A stretch of 64,000 bases of DNA from a virus (IMGVR_UViG_3300042892_000699); one strand, 5' to 3'; numbered from the stretch's first letter, positions 17,037 through 27,171 are shown. Numbers and translations are program-made. Notes: generated from the sequence alone by a model not told the origin.

Positions 17037-19709
17037 ATGAGCTACGTCGATGCCATGTGGGATCGAGACAAGGACATTGTGCATGTCGTTGAGCGTGATC
17101 CGAAGAAAGGCAGAATCTTTCAGGAGTTTCCTGCAAGATACACATTTTATTACCCCGACCAAAGGGGCAAATACAAGTCAATATACGGTGAAAACCTAAG
17201 CAAAGTTGTTACTAGATCCTATAAGGATTTTCAGAAAGAACAACGGATTCACAGCAGTCACAAGCTATACGAATCTGATATCAATACAGTATTCAAAACT
17301 CTAGAAGAAAACTATCTCAATCACGAACCGCCTAAACTAAATGTGGCGTTCTTCGACATTGAGGTGGACTTCGATCCTGAAAGAGGCTACAGCACCCCCG
17401 AGGATGCTTTCATGCCTATTACATCGATCGCTGTTCACCTACAATGGTTAGATACACTGGTCTGCTTTGCTGTTCCCCCAAAGACACTGACAATGGAGCA
17501 GGCAACGGAACTGGTTAAGGACTTTCCTAATACACATCTGTTTGAAACTGAAGCAGAGATGTTAGATGCGTTCTTAGATCTGATTCAAGATGCTGACATT
17601 CTCAGTGGCTGGAACAGTGAAGGTTATGATATTCCATACACCGTTAACAGAGTTATTAAAGCACTGAGCAAAGAAGACACTCGTAGATTCTGTCTGTGGG
17701 GTCAATTTCCCAAGAAGAGAGAGTACGAAAAATATGGAAAAGCGGCTGTTACTTATGATCTGGTTGGTCGTGTTCATCTGGACAGTCTCGAGCTGTACCG
17801 CAAATACACATATGAAGAGCGACACACTTACCGACTGGATGCCATTGGAGAAATGGAAGTAGGCGAGAGCAAGACTCACTATGAAGGTACACTTGATCAG
17901 TTATACAACAATGACTTTCGTAAGTTCATTGAATACAACAGACAGGATACTGCACTGTTAGACAAGTTGGATAAGAAACTAAAGTTTATCGATCTTGCTA
18001 ACACACTGGCACACGAATGTACGGTGCTATTGCAGACCACAATGGGCGCGGTTGCTGTAACTGAACAGGCTATTGTAAACGAAGCTCACCACCGTGGACT
18101 TATTGTGCCTAATCGTGCCAAGCGCGATGAGGATGCAAACAATCAGGCAGCAGGTGCTTATGTTGCATATCCTAAAAAAGGTATCCACGACTGGATTGGA
18201 TCTATTGACATTAACTCATTGTATCCGTCAGCTATTCGTGCGCTCAACATGGGTCCAGAAACTATCATCGGTCAGTTACGTCAGGACAGGACAGATCAAC
18301 ATATCGATGAACAAATGATGGTTCATAAAAAATCATTTGCGGCGGCTTGGGAAGGTATGTTTGGTAGCCTAGAGTACGAAGCAGTTATGCGACAGGACCG
18401 TGCATTTGAAATCACAGTTGATTGGGAAAACGATCAAAGTGATATCATGAGTGCAGCCGAAGCATATAAATTAATCTTTGACAGTAATCAACCTTGGATG
18501 TTAAGCGCCAACGGCACTATCTTTACCTATGAACATGAAGGCATTATTCCCGGACTGTTAAAGCGTTGGTATGCTGAACGTAAAGACATGCAGAAGAAGC
18601 TCAAGGCAGCTATTGAAGCAGGTAACAAGATTGAAGAAGAATACTGGGACAAGCGACAGTTGGTCAAGAAGATTAACTTGAACAGTTTGTATGGTGCTAT
18701 TCTTAATGCAGGTTGCAGATTCTTCGACAAGCGTATTGGTCAGTCAACTACTCTAGTAGGTCGCCAGATTGCCAAGCACATGGCTGGTAAAGTCAATGAA
18801 ATGATTACCGGTGAGTTTGATCACGTAGGTAAGAGTATTATCTACGGTGATACTGACTCGTGCTACTTCTCAGCTTACAATACGCTAAAGACTGACATTA
18901 ACAAGAAGCTGATCCCTTGGGATAGAGATGTTGTTATTCAGTTGTATGATCAAATTGCCGAAGGCGTAAATGCAACATTCCCACAGTTCATGTTGGATGC
19001 ATTTCACTGCCCAAAGAGTCGAGGCGAAGTTATCAAAGGTGGTCGAGAAATTGTTGCGGTTAAAGGCCTGTTCATTACCAAGAAGCGTTATGCAGTATTG
19101 TATTACGATAAAGACGGTAAGAGACAGGACACAGACGGCAAGCCAGGTAAGATCAAAGCTATGGGCCTGGATCTCAAGCGTAGTGATACTCCGGAATTTA
19201 TGCAGAAGTTTCTAGAAGAAGTTCTGACCAAAGTACTAAATGGTGCAGAGGAACAAGAGATTTTGGAAATGATCAGTGCATTCCGAACTGAGTTTAAGGC
19301 CCGTCCAGGTTGGGAGAAGGGTAGTCCCAAACGAGCTAACAACATCACAGAGTATCAAGCCAAGGAAGCTAAACAAGGCAAGGCTAATATGCCAGGGCAT
19401 GTCCGTGCTGCTATTAACTGGAATACGCTAAAACGCATGAACGGTGACAAATACTCAATGGGCATTGTTGACGGCATGAAGGTCATTGTTTGTAAAGTTA
19501 AAGACAATCCATTGGGATACACATCCATTGCTTATCCGGTCGATGAGATGCGATTACCTAAATGGTTCCAAGACCTGCCATTCGATCACAGCGAAATGGA
19601 AACTGCTATCATTAACAACAAACTGGACAACCTCATCGGTGTGCTGGATTGGGATTTAGAATCAACTACCCAAGACAATACCTTTGGCAAATTATTTTCC
19701 TTTGATTGA
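17037..19709 (+). CDS. polB: Family B DNA polymerase (T4 gp43-like) with 3'-5' exonuclease
   Basis: FFDIEVD, GWNSEGYDIPY, YNRQD exonuclease motifs; DINSLYPS, KINLNSLYG, YGDTDS polymerase motifs. Start placed at ATG 17037 after AAGGAG. Confidence 0.95.
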   Translation: MSYVDAMWDRDKDIVHVVERDPKKGRIFQEFPARYTFYYPDQRGKYKSIYGENLSKVVTRSYKDFQKEQRIHSSHKLYESDINTVFKTLEENYLNHEPPKLNVAFFDIEVDFDPERGYSTPEDAFMPITSIAVHLQWLDTLVCFAVPPKTLTMEQATELVKDFPNTHLFETEAEMLDAFLDLIQDADILSGWNSEGYDIPYTVNRVIKALSKEDTRRFCLWGQFPKKREYEKYGKAAVTYDLVGRVHLDSLELYRKYTYEERHTYRLDAIGEMEVGESKTHYEGTLDQLYNNDFRKFIEYNRQDTALLDKLDKKLKFIDLANTLAHECTVLLQTTMGAVAVTEQAIVNEAHHRGLIVPNRAKRDEDANNQAAGAYVAYPKKGIHDWIGSIDINSLYPSAIRALNMGPETIIGQLRQDRTDQHIDEQMMVHKKSFAAAWEGMFGSLEYEAVMRQDRAFEITVDWENDQSDIMSAAEAYKLIFDSNQPWMLSANGTIFTYEHEGIIPGLLKRWYAERKDMQKKLKAAIEAGNKIEEEYWDKRQLVKKINLNSLYGAILNAGCRFFDKRIGQSTTLVGRQIAKHMAGKVNEMITGEFDHVGKSIIYGDTDSCYFSAYNTLKTDINKKLIPWDRDVVIQLYDQIAEGVNATFPQFMLDAFHCPKSRGEVIKGGREIVAVKGLFITKKRYAVLYYDKDGKRQDTDGKPGKIKAMGLDLKRSDTPEFMQKFLEEVLTKVLNGAEEQEILEMISAFRTEFKARPGWEKGSPKRANNITEYQAKEAKQGKANMPGHVRAAINWNTLKRMNGDKYSMGIVDGMKVIVCKVKDNPLGYTSIAYPVDEMRLPKWFQDLPFDHSEMETAIINNKLDNLIGVLDWDLESTTQDNTFGKLFSFD

Positions 19710-19718
19710 AAATAATCA

Positions 19719-19747
19719 TTGACTTTACTCGCAAATCTAAATAAACT
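19719..19747 (+). promoter_or_regulatory. sigma70-type promoter
   Basis: TTGACT-N17-TAAACT upstream of an AAGGA SD and ATG 19765. Confidence 0.55.
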
Positions 19748-19764
19748 AAACAAAAGGAATTAAT

Positions 19765-20499
19765 ATGAAAGACATTCTACAAGACATCGTAAGCCACACA
19801 CATAGCCTGGGCTTCTTAAACATCGTTAAAATTACAGGCGACGATAAAAAGACCACTATCGACAGTATGGCCGATGACCGTACAGTTATTATGTATGGTG
19901 AAACTGCTAGCCCGCAAGCAGACATGACTGGCGTTTTTGGTATGCCGCAAATGAACAAATTAAAGTATTTGCTAGATTGCCCAGAATACAAAGAAGATGC
20001 AAAGATTGAAGTTGTTAAACAAGATCGCAACGGTGAAGAAATTCCAACAGGCCTACACTTTGAAAACAAAGGGGGCGACTTTAAGAATGACTACCGCTTT
20101 ATGAACACTGAAATCATTAACGAAAAGTTAAAGACTGTTAAGTTCCGTGGTGTTAAGTGGGATGTTGAAGTTGCTCCAAGTTTAGCTAGTGTGCAAAGAT
20201 TTGCGTTTCAAGCAGCCGCTAACAATGAGCACACAACTTTCTTGGCTAAGACAGATGGTGACAAGTTGAAGTTTACTTTTGGTGATCAAGCAAGCCACGG
20301 TGGTGAATTTATTTTTGCTACAGGTGTCACCGGCAACCTAAATAAAGGATGGACTTGGCCTGTTGCTCCCGTACTTGCAATTCTTAAAGCATCAGATGTT
20401 AATAATACTATGATGAGTTTAAGCAACGAAGGTGCTCTACAGATTACACTTGACAGCGGTTTAGCTACTTACAAGTATATCATTCCTGCACAGACATGA
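19765..20499 (+). CDS. Probable DNA polymerase sliding clamp (gp45/PCNA-like)
   Basis: 244 aa, next to polB, alternating alpha/beta pattern, C-terminal YKYIIPA resembling a clamp terminal strand. Confidence 0.5.
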   Translation: MKDILQDIVSHTHSLGFLNIVKITGDDKKTTIDSMADDRTVIMYGETASPQADMTGVFGMPQMNKLKYLLDCPEYKEDAKIEVVKQDRNGEEIPTGLHFENKGGDFKNDYRFMNTEIINEKLKTVKFRGVKWDVEVAPSLASVQRFAFQAAANNEHTTFLAKTDGDKLKFTFGDQASHGGEFIFATGVTGNLNKGWTWPVAPVLAILKASDVNNTMMSLSNEGALQITLDSGLATYKYIIPAQT

Positions 20500-20867
20500 T
20501 AAAAGGAATAGCTCATTCAGGTCGATATCTCCAGGTACAAGGAGGTAGTCCAATGAATCCGTACATTTCTTCCGGTGGGCAATCTGCGGGAATGTTGCGC
20601 TATAATACAAATATCAATACCATAGAAGTATACGACGGGCAAGTTTGGAAAGAAGTATCTTCAAACTTTGCCAATGTAGCATTAACTAGTGAGGCAGAAG
20701 CATTACTTGACTGGGCACGAAAAAAGCGTGACGAAGAATTGCAGCTCGAAGTATTGGCTAAAGAACACCCTGCTATTAACATTGCCTTGGGTAATTTAAA
20801 GAAAGCCAAGATACAACTAGATGCTACAATAATATTAAGTAAAGAACATGACGAAACAACAAGTTAA
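20496..20867 (+). CDS. Hypothetical protein
   Basis: Clean ORF overlapping both neighbours. Confidence 0.5.
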   Translation: MIKGIAHSGRYLQVQGGSPMNPYISSGGQSAGMLRYNTNINTIEVYDGQVWKEVSSNFANVALTSEAEALLDWARKKRDEELQLEVLAKEHPAINIALGNLKKAKIQLDATIILSKEHDETTS

Positions 20868-22506
20868 CCTAACACCATTACAGAAAGACTATGCAGTCTA
20901 TTTGCCTGCAATTAGTAGTTTCTACAGTACCTATGTTGCTAAACAACGACTAGGTGAATTCGTACCAACAGATCGTATTCCTGCAGGTTTTGATCGTGGT
21001 ATCGAAGGTATGAACTTTTTAAATCCTGAACAAGGATACTTTACTTACAAATACGGTCTGTACTCTGCGGGTCATGCACAATTAGATCTTACTAAGAGTT
21101 TAGAACAAGAGTCCATGATTCAACAGCGTGATCGTAATAACACTATGATCTTAGGCGACTCAGGTGGATACCAGATTGGTAAGGGTGTTCTTAAGTTTGA
21201 CTGGTTAGACTTTGAAGGCAAGGAAGCTACTAAGACTCGTCAGAAGATTCTCGAGTGGCTCGAAGTCACAGCCGATTGGTCAATGATGCTAGACGTTCCA
21301 ACATGGGCATGTGATCACATTCACAGTCCTAAAACTGGACTAAAGACATTTGATGACTGCTTAGATAAGACTCGATACAATAACGATTACTTTTTGATGA
21401 ACAGAATGGGTCAAACTAAATGGCTCAACGTTCTGCAAGGTAGTGATTGGGACACTGCTGAAAAGTGGTATGCAGGTGTAAAAGAATTTAGCGACCCGGC
21501 AGGTAAGTATGCAGGGCGTGAAGCAGAAGGTTGGGCCTTTGGTGGTGCTAACATGTGCAAGATGGATATTACTCTCAAGCGTTTAATGACACTTAGAGAA
21601 GATGGTTTGCTGAAGGGCAAAAACTGGATCCACTTCTTGGGTACAGCGCAACTTGACTGGAGTTGCTACTTAACTTTAATTCAAAGACAAATCAGGAAAC
21701 ACATCAATGAAGAAATTACCATATCTTTTGACTGCGCCTCACCGTTCATTGCAACAGCGCACGGACTTGTCTACACAAACGCAGTCCACACGCCAAAAAG
21801 GTGGAGTGTTATTATGGACAAGGCACCAGATAACAAAGCACTATCAGGATCAGATATCCCGTTCCCTTTCGAATCGTCAATCGGTCGCAGACTAACAATG
21901 GCTGACATTGCCTACTACGATTTAGGCGTTCGTAAAACAGACGAAGAATTAGGTTTTGGTCCACGTGGTGGAAAAATTGAATTTAACCATTTAGAACCAG
22001 AACACTACCATGTTGTACCTAGACTTAACAAATTAGGTAAGATTCCAAATAGAACAAGTTGGGATAGCTTTGCCTATGCATTGATGATGGGACATAATGT
22101 CGAATGTCATATTGTTGCTGTTCAACGTGCTCAACAATTAATGGACATTGAGATTGCTAAATCTAAAGACAAGCTGACTTGGAAGCAATGGAAGAAAGTC
22201 AAGGGACAGGATATGAGCGATGAGTTTAGTGATTGGGTTCCCCGTAATATCTTATACTTCAACAGCTTTGTTGAAGACTTATTTAATACTGCTACTAAAG
22301 CAGATGCATTTGCAATGATCGAACAAGCTGGTCCATTCCTGCGTAGTTTAGAAGGTGCTCGACTACAAGGCGGTCCTGCTCAAAACAAGTTTAATAACTT
22401 GTTCGAAATTGAAGAAGTTACTAAGGTTGAAGAAATTGATCTTGCTAACCCAGATGACGACGAACTACGAAAACTTGAAGAAGGCACATTAGGAGATATA
22501 GAATGA
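20848..22506 (+). CDS. dpdA: tRNA-guanine transglycosylase-family protein, probably the DNA 7-deazaguanine insertase DpdA
   Basis: TGT motifs LGDSGGYQ, MMLDVP, VLQG, AFGG, IHFLG, SFDCASP; lies in a cluster with QueD-like and QueE genes. Confidence 0.75.
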   Translation: MTKQQVNLTPLQKDYAVYLPAISSFYSTYVAKQRLGEFVPTDRIPAGFDRGIEGMNFLNPEQGYFTYKYGLYSAGHAQLDLTKSLEQESMIQQRDRNNTMILGDSGGYQIGKGVLKFDWLDFEGKEATKTRQKILEWLEVTADWSMMLDVPTWACDHIHSPKTGLKTFDDCLDKTRYNNDYFLMNRMGQTKWLNVLQGSDWDTAEKWYAGVKEFSDPAGKYAGREAEGWAFGGANMCKMDITLKRLMTLREDGLLKGKNWIHFLGTAQLDWSCYLTLIQRQIRKHINEEITISFDCASPFIATAHGLVYTNAVHTPKRWSVIMDKAPDNKALSGSDIPFPFESSIGRRLTMADIAYYDLGVRKTDEELGFGPRGGKIEFNHLEPEHYHVVPRLNKLGKIPNRTSWDSFAYALMMGHNVECHIVAVQRAQQLMDIEIAKSKDKLTWKQWKKVKGQDMSDEFSDWVPRNILYFNSFVEDLFNTATKADAFAMIEQAGPFLRSLEGARLQGGPAQNKFNNLFEIEEVTKVEEIDLANPDDDELRKLEEGTLGDIE

Positions 22507-22706
22507 GACAAGAAATTATTAGCGTATTAAAACACCATTTTAAAGCACACATTTTCAAGCACAAAATGAATGTAGACATTATGTTGAGCAATCCCATGGC
22601 ACTACATGACCATACTGACTTAATGGATGCTATTGAAAAAGAAGTAGCATTGATTGCTGAATATCAAGACAAGTTGGACATAATGGAAAGTTATTTTAAG
22701 GAATAA
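22503..22706 (+). CDS. Hypothetical protein
   Basis: AGGAG SD, overlapping start/stop. Confidence 0.55.
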   Translation: MRQEIISVLKHHFKAHIFKHKMNVDIMLSNPMALHDHTDLMDAIEKEVALIAEYQDKLDIMESYFKE

Positions 22707-22707
22707 T

Positions 22708-22992
22708 ATGGCAACAGGTAAAAAGAAAACAGACATTATTATGTCTGCCGAAATATCAGAGTCTATGGAAATGCCCGGTACTATTGGCAGTGCTAGATTA
22801 ACATTTCCAAATGATCCCACTGTGGTAAAAGGCAGTCATTTAACTGTTACTACATTTCCAGACGGTAAAACTGTTTTAGAATGGGACGATGAGGCATTAC
22901 TCAGAGATGTCCAAAAAGCCTTGACAGAGTACGAGAATTCTGTTAAAGTTAATACTACTAAAACTAAACGTAAGAAGAAAAATGAAGCGTGA
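22708..22992 (+). CDS. Hypothetical protein
   Basis: AAGGA SD, clean ORF. Confidence 0.5.
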   Translation: MATGKKKTDIIMSAEISESMEMPGTIGSARLTFPNDPTVVKGSHLTVTTFPDGKTVLEWDDEALLRDVQKALTEYENSVKVNTTKTKRKKKNEA

Positions 22993-23494
22993 TTACGATA
23001 CAGGTATTAGTGAAGATGTAATTTTCTTTACTGGTACTGAAGTTGAGCACACTCCTGCATACGGCATGAAAACATTGTTTGTTACAGGAGTTCAATCTAG
23101 CGAGCATATTGCACTAAACTTGCAAGGTTGCGAGCATATTTTCTTTGGCGCAAATCATAGTTATAATCCACAAACTTACGAAGAACACAAAGTCTGGGAA
23201 GAAATGATTATGTTCTTCCTTGATAAAGAATACCTGTGTTCATTGGATATTCCAATTCACCAAGTAGAAGAATTCCACGAAGGCGGGCTTTGCGAGCGTG
23301 ATAATTTTATTCCACAAATTCGTGTACCTATTCCTTACATTCGTCTTTGGAACTATAACACTATGTTAAAGATTGACGACAAAGATTTTAAGGCAACTAA
23401 TCCCGGTGTATGGTCCCACAGTCTACACACACTAATGGATCGTAGTAAGTTTACAGACTGGGCACAATATAAAAACGACAAGGTAATAAAATGA
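22982..23494 (+). CDS. Hypothetical protein in the deazaguanine cluster
   Basis: 170-aa enzyme-like alpha/beta pattern (FFTGTEVEHT...HIFFGANHSY...KIDD). Confidence 0.55.
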   Translation: MKRDYDTGISEDVIFFTGTEVEHTPAYGMKTLFVTGVQSSEHIALNLQGCEHIFFGANHSYNPQTYEEHKVWEEMIMFFLDKEYLCSLDIPIHQVEEFHEGGLCERDNFIPQIRVPIPYIRLWNYNTMLKIDDKDFKATNPGVWSHSLHTLMDRSKFTDWAQYKNDKVIK

Positions 23495-23664
23495 TTAACT
23501 CTAAAGTTACAAAACAAGCAAATCAACAAAGTTCAGAAGAAAAATTATTTAAATTGCTCGAAAGCATTGACTGGAAGTTATGGGAAATCTATAATATGAT
23601 GAAAGATAATCTTCCTGAAAAATCGGCACCCGCTAAAAAAACCACAAAGGTTAAAGCACAGTAA
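23491..23664 (+). CDS. Small hypothetical protein (57 aa, not in the ORF track)
   Basis: ATG 23491 overlaps the upstream stop; MINSKVTKQ...KVKAQ ends in TAATG overlapping the next start. Confidence 0.55.
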   Translation: MINSKVTKQANQQSSEEKLFKLLESIDWKLWEIYNMMKDNLPEKSAPAKKTTKVKAQ

Positions 23665-24065
23665 TGAATCAAGAACTTAATATGATTTGGGTCACCTTTC
23701 GTAAGGAGGGTGTTCATATGTATCCGGCTGCGGCTACAGACCCCAAACTTGCCACAGGCAACATGTACGATGTTAGTTTCCTCGGTACTCCGCACCGTCA
23801 CATTTTCCATTTTAAAATCTATATTCAAGTATTTCACGATGATCGTGATATTGAGTTTATTCAGTTTAAGCGTTGGTTAGAGCACTGCTATGCAGATGGT
23901 ACACTCGAACTTAACCACAAATCCTGTGAAATGATAAGCCGTGATCTTCATGGAACCATTTCGGCAAGATATCCAGGTCGTGAGATCTGGATTGACGTAA
24001 GTGAAGACGGCGAGAATGGCTGCTTCATTAAATTTCCTCAACCCTTTAATACTACACAAAGGTAA
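23664..24065 (+). CDS. QueD/PTPS-like T-fold protein with DpdL-type motif
   Basis: LGTPHRHIF (LxxxHRHxF) in place of the QueD C...HGH motif; RDIEF and SCE motifs. Confidence 0.7.
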   Translation: MNQELNMIWVTFRKEGVHMYPAAATDPKLATGNMYDVSFLGTPHRHIFHFKIYIQVFHDDRDIEFIQFKRWLEHCYADGTLELNHKSCEMISRDLHGTISARYPGREIWIDVSEDGENGCFIKFPQPFNTTQR

Positions 24066-24071
24066 AACATT

Positions 24072-24314
24072 ATGGCACAACCTGCCTACATTCAGAAAAC
24101 TCTTCGTATGAAACCCGAAGTTGAAAAGATCTTTGATGATCTCGATGCTTGGTTAGATCATTGCAGATTTAACCTCCTTCCTTATAACCCTTCAGACTTG
24201 TATAGGTCACAGGAATACAGGTATTTTTCTCGTCCTCCTTATCAGGGCGATCGTAAAAACTACCGCAAGGATTATAAGCCTAGAGGCCAAAACAATGACA
24301 ATTTTTCTCGTTGA
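24072..24314 (+). CDS. Hypothetical protein
   Basis: Clean ORF with SD-like AAGG. Confidence 0.5.
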   Translation: MAQPAYIQKTLRMKPEVEKIFDDLDAWLDHCRFNLLPYNPSDLYRSQEYRYFSRPPYQGDRKNYRKDYKPRGQNNDNFSR

Positions 24315-25368
24315 TTTAGAATCTGTCGAGACAAGGTATACGGGTCAATGGAAGACTCATGTACCTGATCTACTTAAAAAGGCAGGACACAATGTTCAAA
24401 TTATCTCTGGTCCCACAGATATTCCTAGTGCTACTACCCCTGGGGCTTTTCTTAATTTTGGCGGCACAAACATCTACAAAGCTCGGCAGGTTGAGCAGAT
24501 GGGTCGGCTATTTTGCGACGGAGCCGTTCATGCAGGTGATCATTTTATATTTACTGATGCTTGGCACCCTGGTATCATCAATCTCAAGTATATGAGTGAG
24601 TTGCTGGGTATTCCAGTAACAACACATGGACTATGGCACGCCGGTAGTTATGACCCTCAAGACTTCCTAGGTCGTCTTGTTGGCAACAGGCCCTGGGTTA
24701 GACACGCCGAAAAGAGTTTCTTCCACGCATTTGATCACAACTATTTTGCAACAAAATTTCATATTGAAATGTTTATGGAAAATTTGTTAGGTATTGATTT
24801 CCGAACAGGTTCTATGCGTTATATGCAGGACAAGCAAATTGTTCGTACAGGGTGGCCCATGGAATATATGGCTGATACCTTAGAGAACTATAACACCAGT
24901 TCCAAGCATGATCTTATCTTGTTCCCACATCGTATTGCTCCAGAGAAACAGGTTGAAATTTTCCGTGACTTGGCTACACACTTACCACAATATGAATTTA
25001 TTGTGTGTCAAGATACGCAGTTGGACAAGCATGAATATCACAAGTTGCTAGGTCGTGCTAAGATTATTTTCAGTGCAAATTTGCAAGAGACACTGGGTAT
25101 TAGTTGCTACGAAGGTGCATTAGTAGATGCTATACCTATGGTGCCGGATAGATTAAGTTATAGTGAAATGTATTATGAAGGATTCAAATATCCTAGTGAG
25201 TGGACTAAGGACTGGAACAGTTACCTAGCACATAGACAAGAATTATGTCATCACATTATTGTTACTATGTCTCATTATGACAAGCGGGTGCCGCAGGTTC
25301 GCAAGCAGGCAGCTGATTTAACAGAACTATTCTTTAGTGCAAATAAATTACTGGAGATGATCAAATGA
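24295..25368 (+). CDS. GT-B (GT4-like) glycosyltransferase
   Basis: HRIAPEKQ and E-x7-E motif ETLGISCYE. Confidence 0.75.
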   Translation: MTIFLVDLESVETRYTGQWKTHVPDLLKKAGHNVQIISGPTDIPSATTPGAFLNFGGTNIYKARQVEQMGRLFCDGAVHAGDHFIFTDAWHPGIINLKYMSELLGIPVTTHGLWHAGSYDPQDFLGRLVGNRPWVRHAEKSFFHAFDHNYFATKFHIEMFMENLLGIDFRTGSMRYMQDKQIVRTGWPMEYMADTLENYNTSSKHDLILFPHRIAPEKQVEIFRDLATHLPQYEFIVCQDTQLDKHEYHKLLGRAKIIFSANLQETLGISCYEGALVDAIPMVPDRLSYSEMYYEGFKYPSEWTKDWNSYLAHRQELCHHIIVTMSHYDKRVPQVRKQAADLTELFFSANKLLEMIK

Positions 25369-25823
25369 AATGGTTTCTAAACTTTTTAGAACGTGTTGGT
25401 CGCAAAAGAATTGTAATGGATAGACAAAATAATGAACCTTACCTCGAACGCTACTACATTTTTCTTAAAGACAGAAAGCATTTCCCCTTTAATGTGTTCA
25501 TTCACAAGTTTCTTAAGTCAGACCCCGATGATGTACATGATCATCCATGGTCTTACGCTACACTTATCTTAAAAGGCGGTTATTATGAATGGACTCCTAA
25601 CTTTGATTCACAAGGTGCCAAGATCAGTGAAACACGGCATTGGCGTGGTCCTGGGCACTGCCGTATTTGCCCTGCTAATAGCTATCACCGTGTTGAGCTT
25701 AAAGAAGGAACAGACTGTTGGACAATGTTCATGCCTGGTCCACAAAAACGAGAATGGGGTTTTCTTGTAAAGAATAAGTGGATCCATAATACAGAATATC
25801 TAGAAGAAAAGGCAGTAAAATGA
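25365..25823 (+). CDS. Cupin-fold protein
   Basis: HKF...HDHPW...ILKGGYYE...YHRVEL...WTMF metal-binding cupin pattern. Confidence 0.65.
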   Translation: MKWFLNFLERVGRKRIVMDRQNNEPYLERYYIFLKDRKHFPFNVFIHKFLKSDPDDVHDHPWSYATLILKGGYYEWTPNFDSQGAKISETRHWRGPGHCRICPANSYHRVELKEGTDCWTMFMPGPQKREWGFLVKNKWIHNTEYLEEKAVK

Positions 25824-25996
25824 AAATTGGAAGTGTCTGGCAATCGGCTGATAGAACAACATTTATTATCAAAAATATAGAAATTATCAACGAGCAAACT
25901 TGGATCTTTTATGTAAACTCAAAGACACAACAAAAATACTCATGCCTAAAAGATGCATTTACTAGCAGATTCCAAGAACAACTCAATAACGGATAA
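25820..25996 (+). CDS. Small hypothetical protein (58 aa, not in the ORF track)
   Basis: ATG overlaps the upstream TGA; MKIGSVWQSAD...QEQLNNG; fills the gap exactly. Confidence 0.55.
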   Translation: MKIGSVWQSADRTTFIIKNIEIINEQTWIFYVNSKTQQKYSCLKDAFTSRFQEQLNNG

Positions 25997-26001
25997 TATA
26001 A

Positions 26002-26277
26002 ATGAACAGTCAAACTAAAGAAGTGATGGACATTCTACAAGAAGAATGTGCTGAAGTAATTCAAGCAGTAAGTAAGATTAGTCGATTCGGTATTGACAAC
26101 TTCAAGCCAGGTAAGTCCAAAACTAATCGAGAACACCTTGAAGAAGAATTAGGCGATATGTTAGCAATGATCGATATTATGTTGGAAAAGAATGTAATAT
26201 CGTTAGAGCACTTAGAAGTTGCAAAAGCTGCTAAGATTGAAAAATTAAAACAATGGTCTAATATTTTTAATACTTAA
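26002..26277 (+). CDS. MazG-like nucleotide pyrophosphohydrolase
   Basis: QEECAEVIQAVSK...LEEELGDMLAM (EExxE...ExGD). Confidence 0.75.
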   Translation: MNSQTKEVMDILQEECAEVIQAVSKISRFGIDNFKPGKSKTNREHLEEELGDMLAMIDIMLEKNVISLEHLEVAKAAKIEKLKQWSNIFNT

Positions 26278-27125
26278 AATTTTGTTATAAGTTGATCTGC
26301 GGACGAAATGCAGGCTTGCATTTTACAAATTTGAGGAGTAGATGGTAGTTCTAAACTACCATCAAATATATTTCCCAAAGGCGAATTATTACAATCGCTT
26401 CCTCGGACCCAACCTTCTCCACTTATATTAATTCTTTCTATACCTGTATTACATAGTTTGCCTGTAAAGACAGGATTAGACTGCACACTCTCTGCAGATC
26501 TTTCTTCAAAAGTTTTGTTAACACTGACATGATTGTTTAAAACCCATTCTTCCCCAAACAAATATATCAACTGGTCTTTGGTATAGTTTAATCTTCCTAG
26601 ATAGTTGCTAGCCTGTACATATAATAATTCTTTTCCAACTTTAATTCCTAGTGAAGATTCGAGCTCATCTATGCGGTTAAGATCTTCATCAAAAAAATCA
26701 GGTCGAATAGGAACACCTAAATGAAATGGTTTATATTTTTTTTGAAATGCTTTTACAATAAATTTAATAAGATTTAAATTTTGCCAAGAGTGGCATGTAA
26801 GATTTAAAAAATCTACATGAGGTTCTATAGCCCACCAATCCATCCAAAGTTTTCCTCCGGCAGTATGTAGTGTAGTATTTCCGCCATTTTCTTTACATAG
26901 TTTTAACAGTGCAGGGAAATCAAAAAATTCCAACGGATCGCCACCATTAAATATCCAGTCAATATGTCTTCCTAATTTTTTATCATAATGGTCTATAAAT
27001 GTGTTTGCTACTGCTAGATATTCATCTACGTGTCTAGGTTTGTCACCTCCCCAAAATGTTTTTGGACAATATTCGCAGCCGCCTGTGCAATAATTATGTA
27101 TCTGCCAGATTACTACTGTTTTCAT
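26274..27125 (-). CDS. Radical SAM protein with Cys-rich (SPASM/Twitch-like) C-terminus
   Basis: CTGGCEYC (CxxxCxxC), FNGGDP, C-terminal C...C...CKMQAC. Confidence 0.8.
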   Translation of the reverse strand: MKTVVIWQIHNYCTGGCEYCPKTFWGGDKPRHVDEYLAVANTFIDHYDKKLGRHIDWIFNGGDPLEFFDFPALLKLCKENGGNTTLHTAGGKLWMDWWAIEPHVDFLNLTCHSWQNLNLIKFIVKAFQKKYKPFHLGVPIRPDFFDEDLNRIDELESSLGIKVGKELLYVQASNYLGRLNYTKDQLIYLFGEEWVLNNHVSVNKTFEERSAESVQSNPVFTGKLCNTGIERINISGEGWVRGSDCNNSPLGNIFDGSLELPSTPQICKMQACISSADQLITKF

Positions 27126-27143
27126 TTATTTTTACCTTTATAG

Positions 27144-27171
27144 TTGACACGCCTAAATAATAATGTATAAT
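27144..27171 (+). promoter_or_regulatory. sigma70-type promoter for queE
   Basis: TTGACA-N16-TATAAT. Confidence 0.7.
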
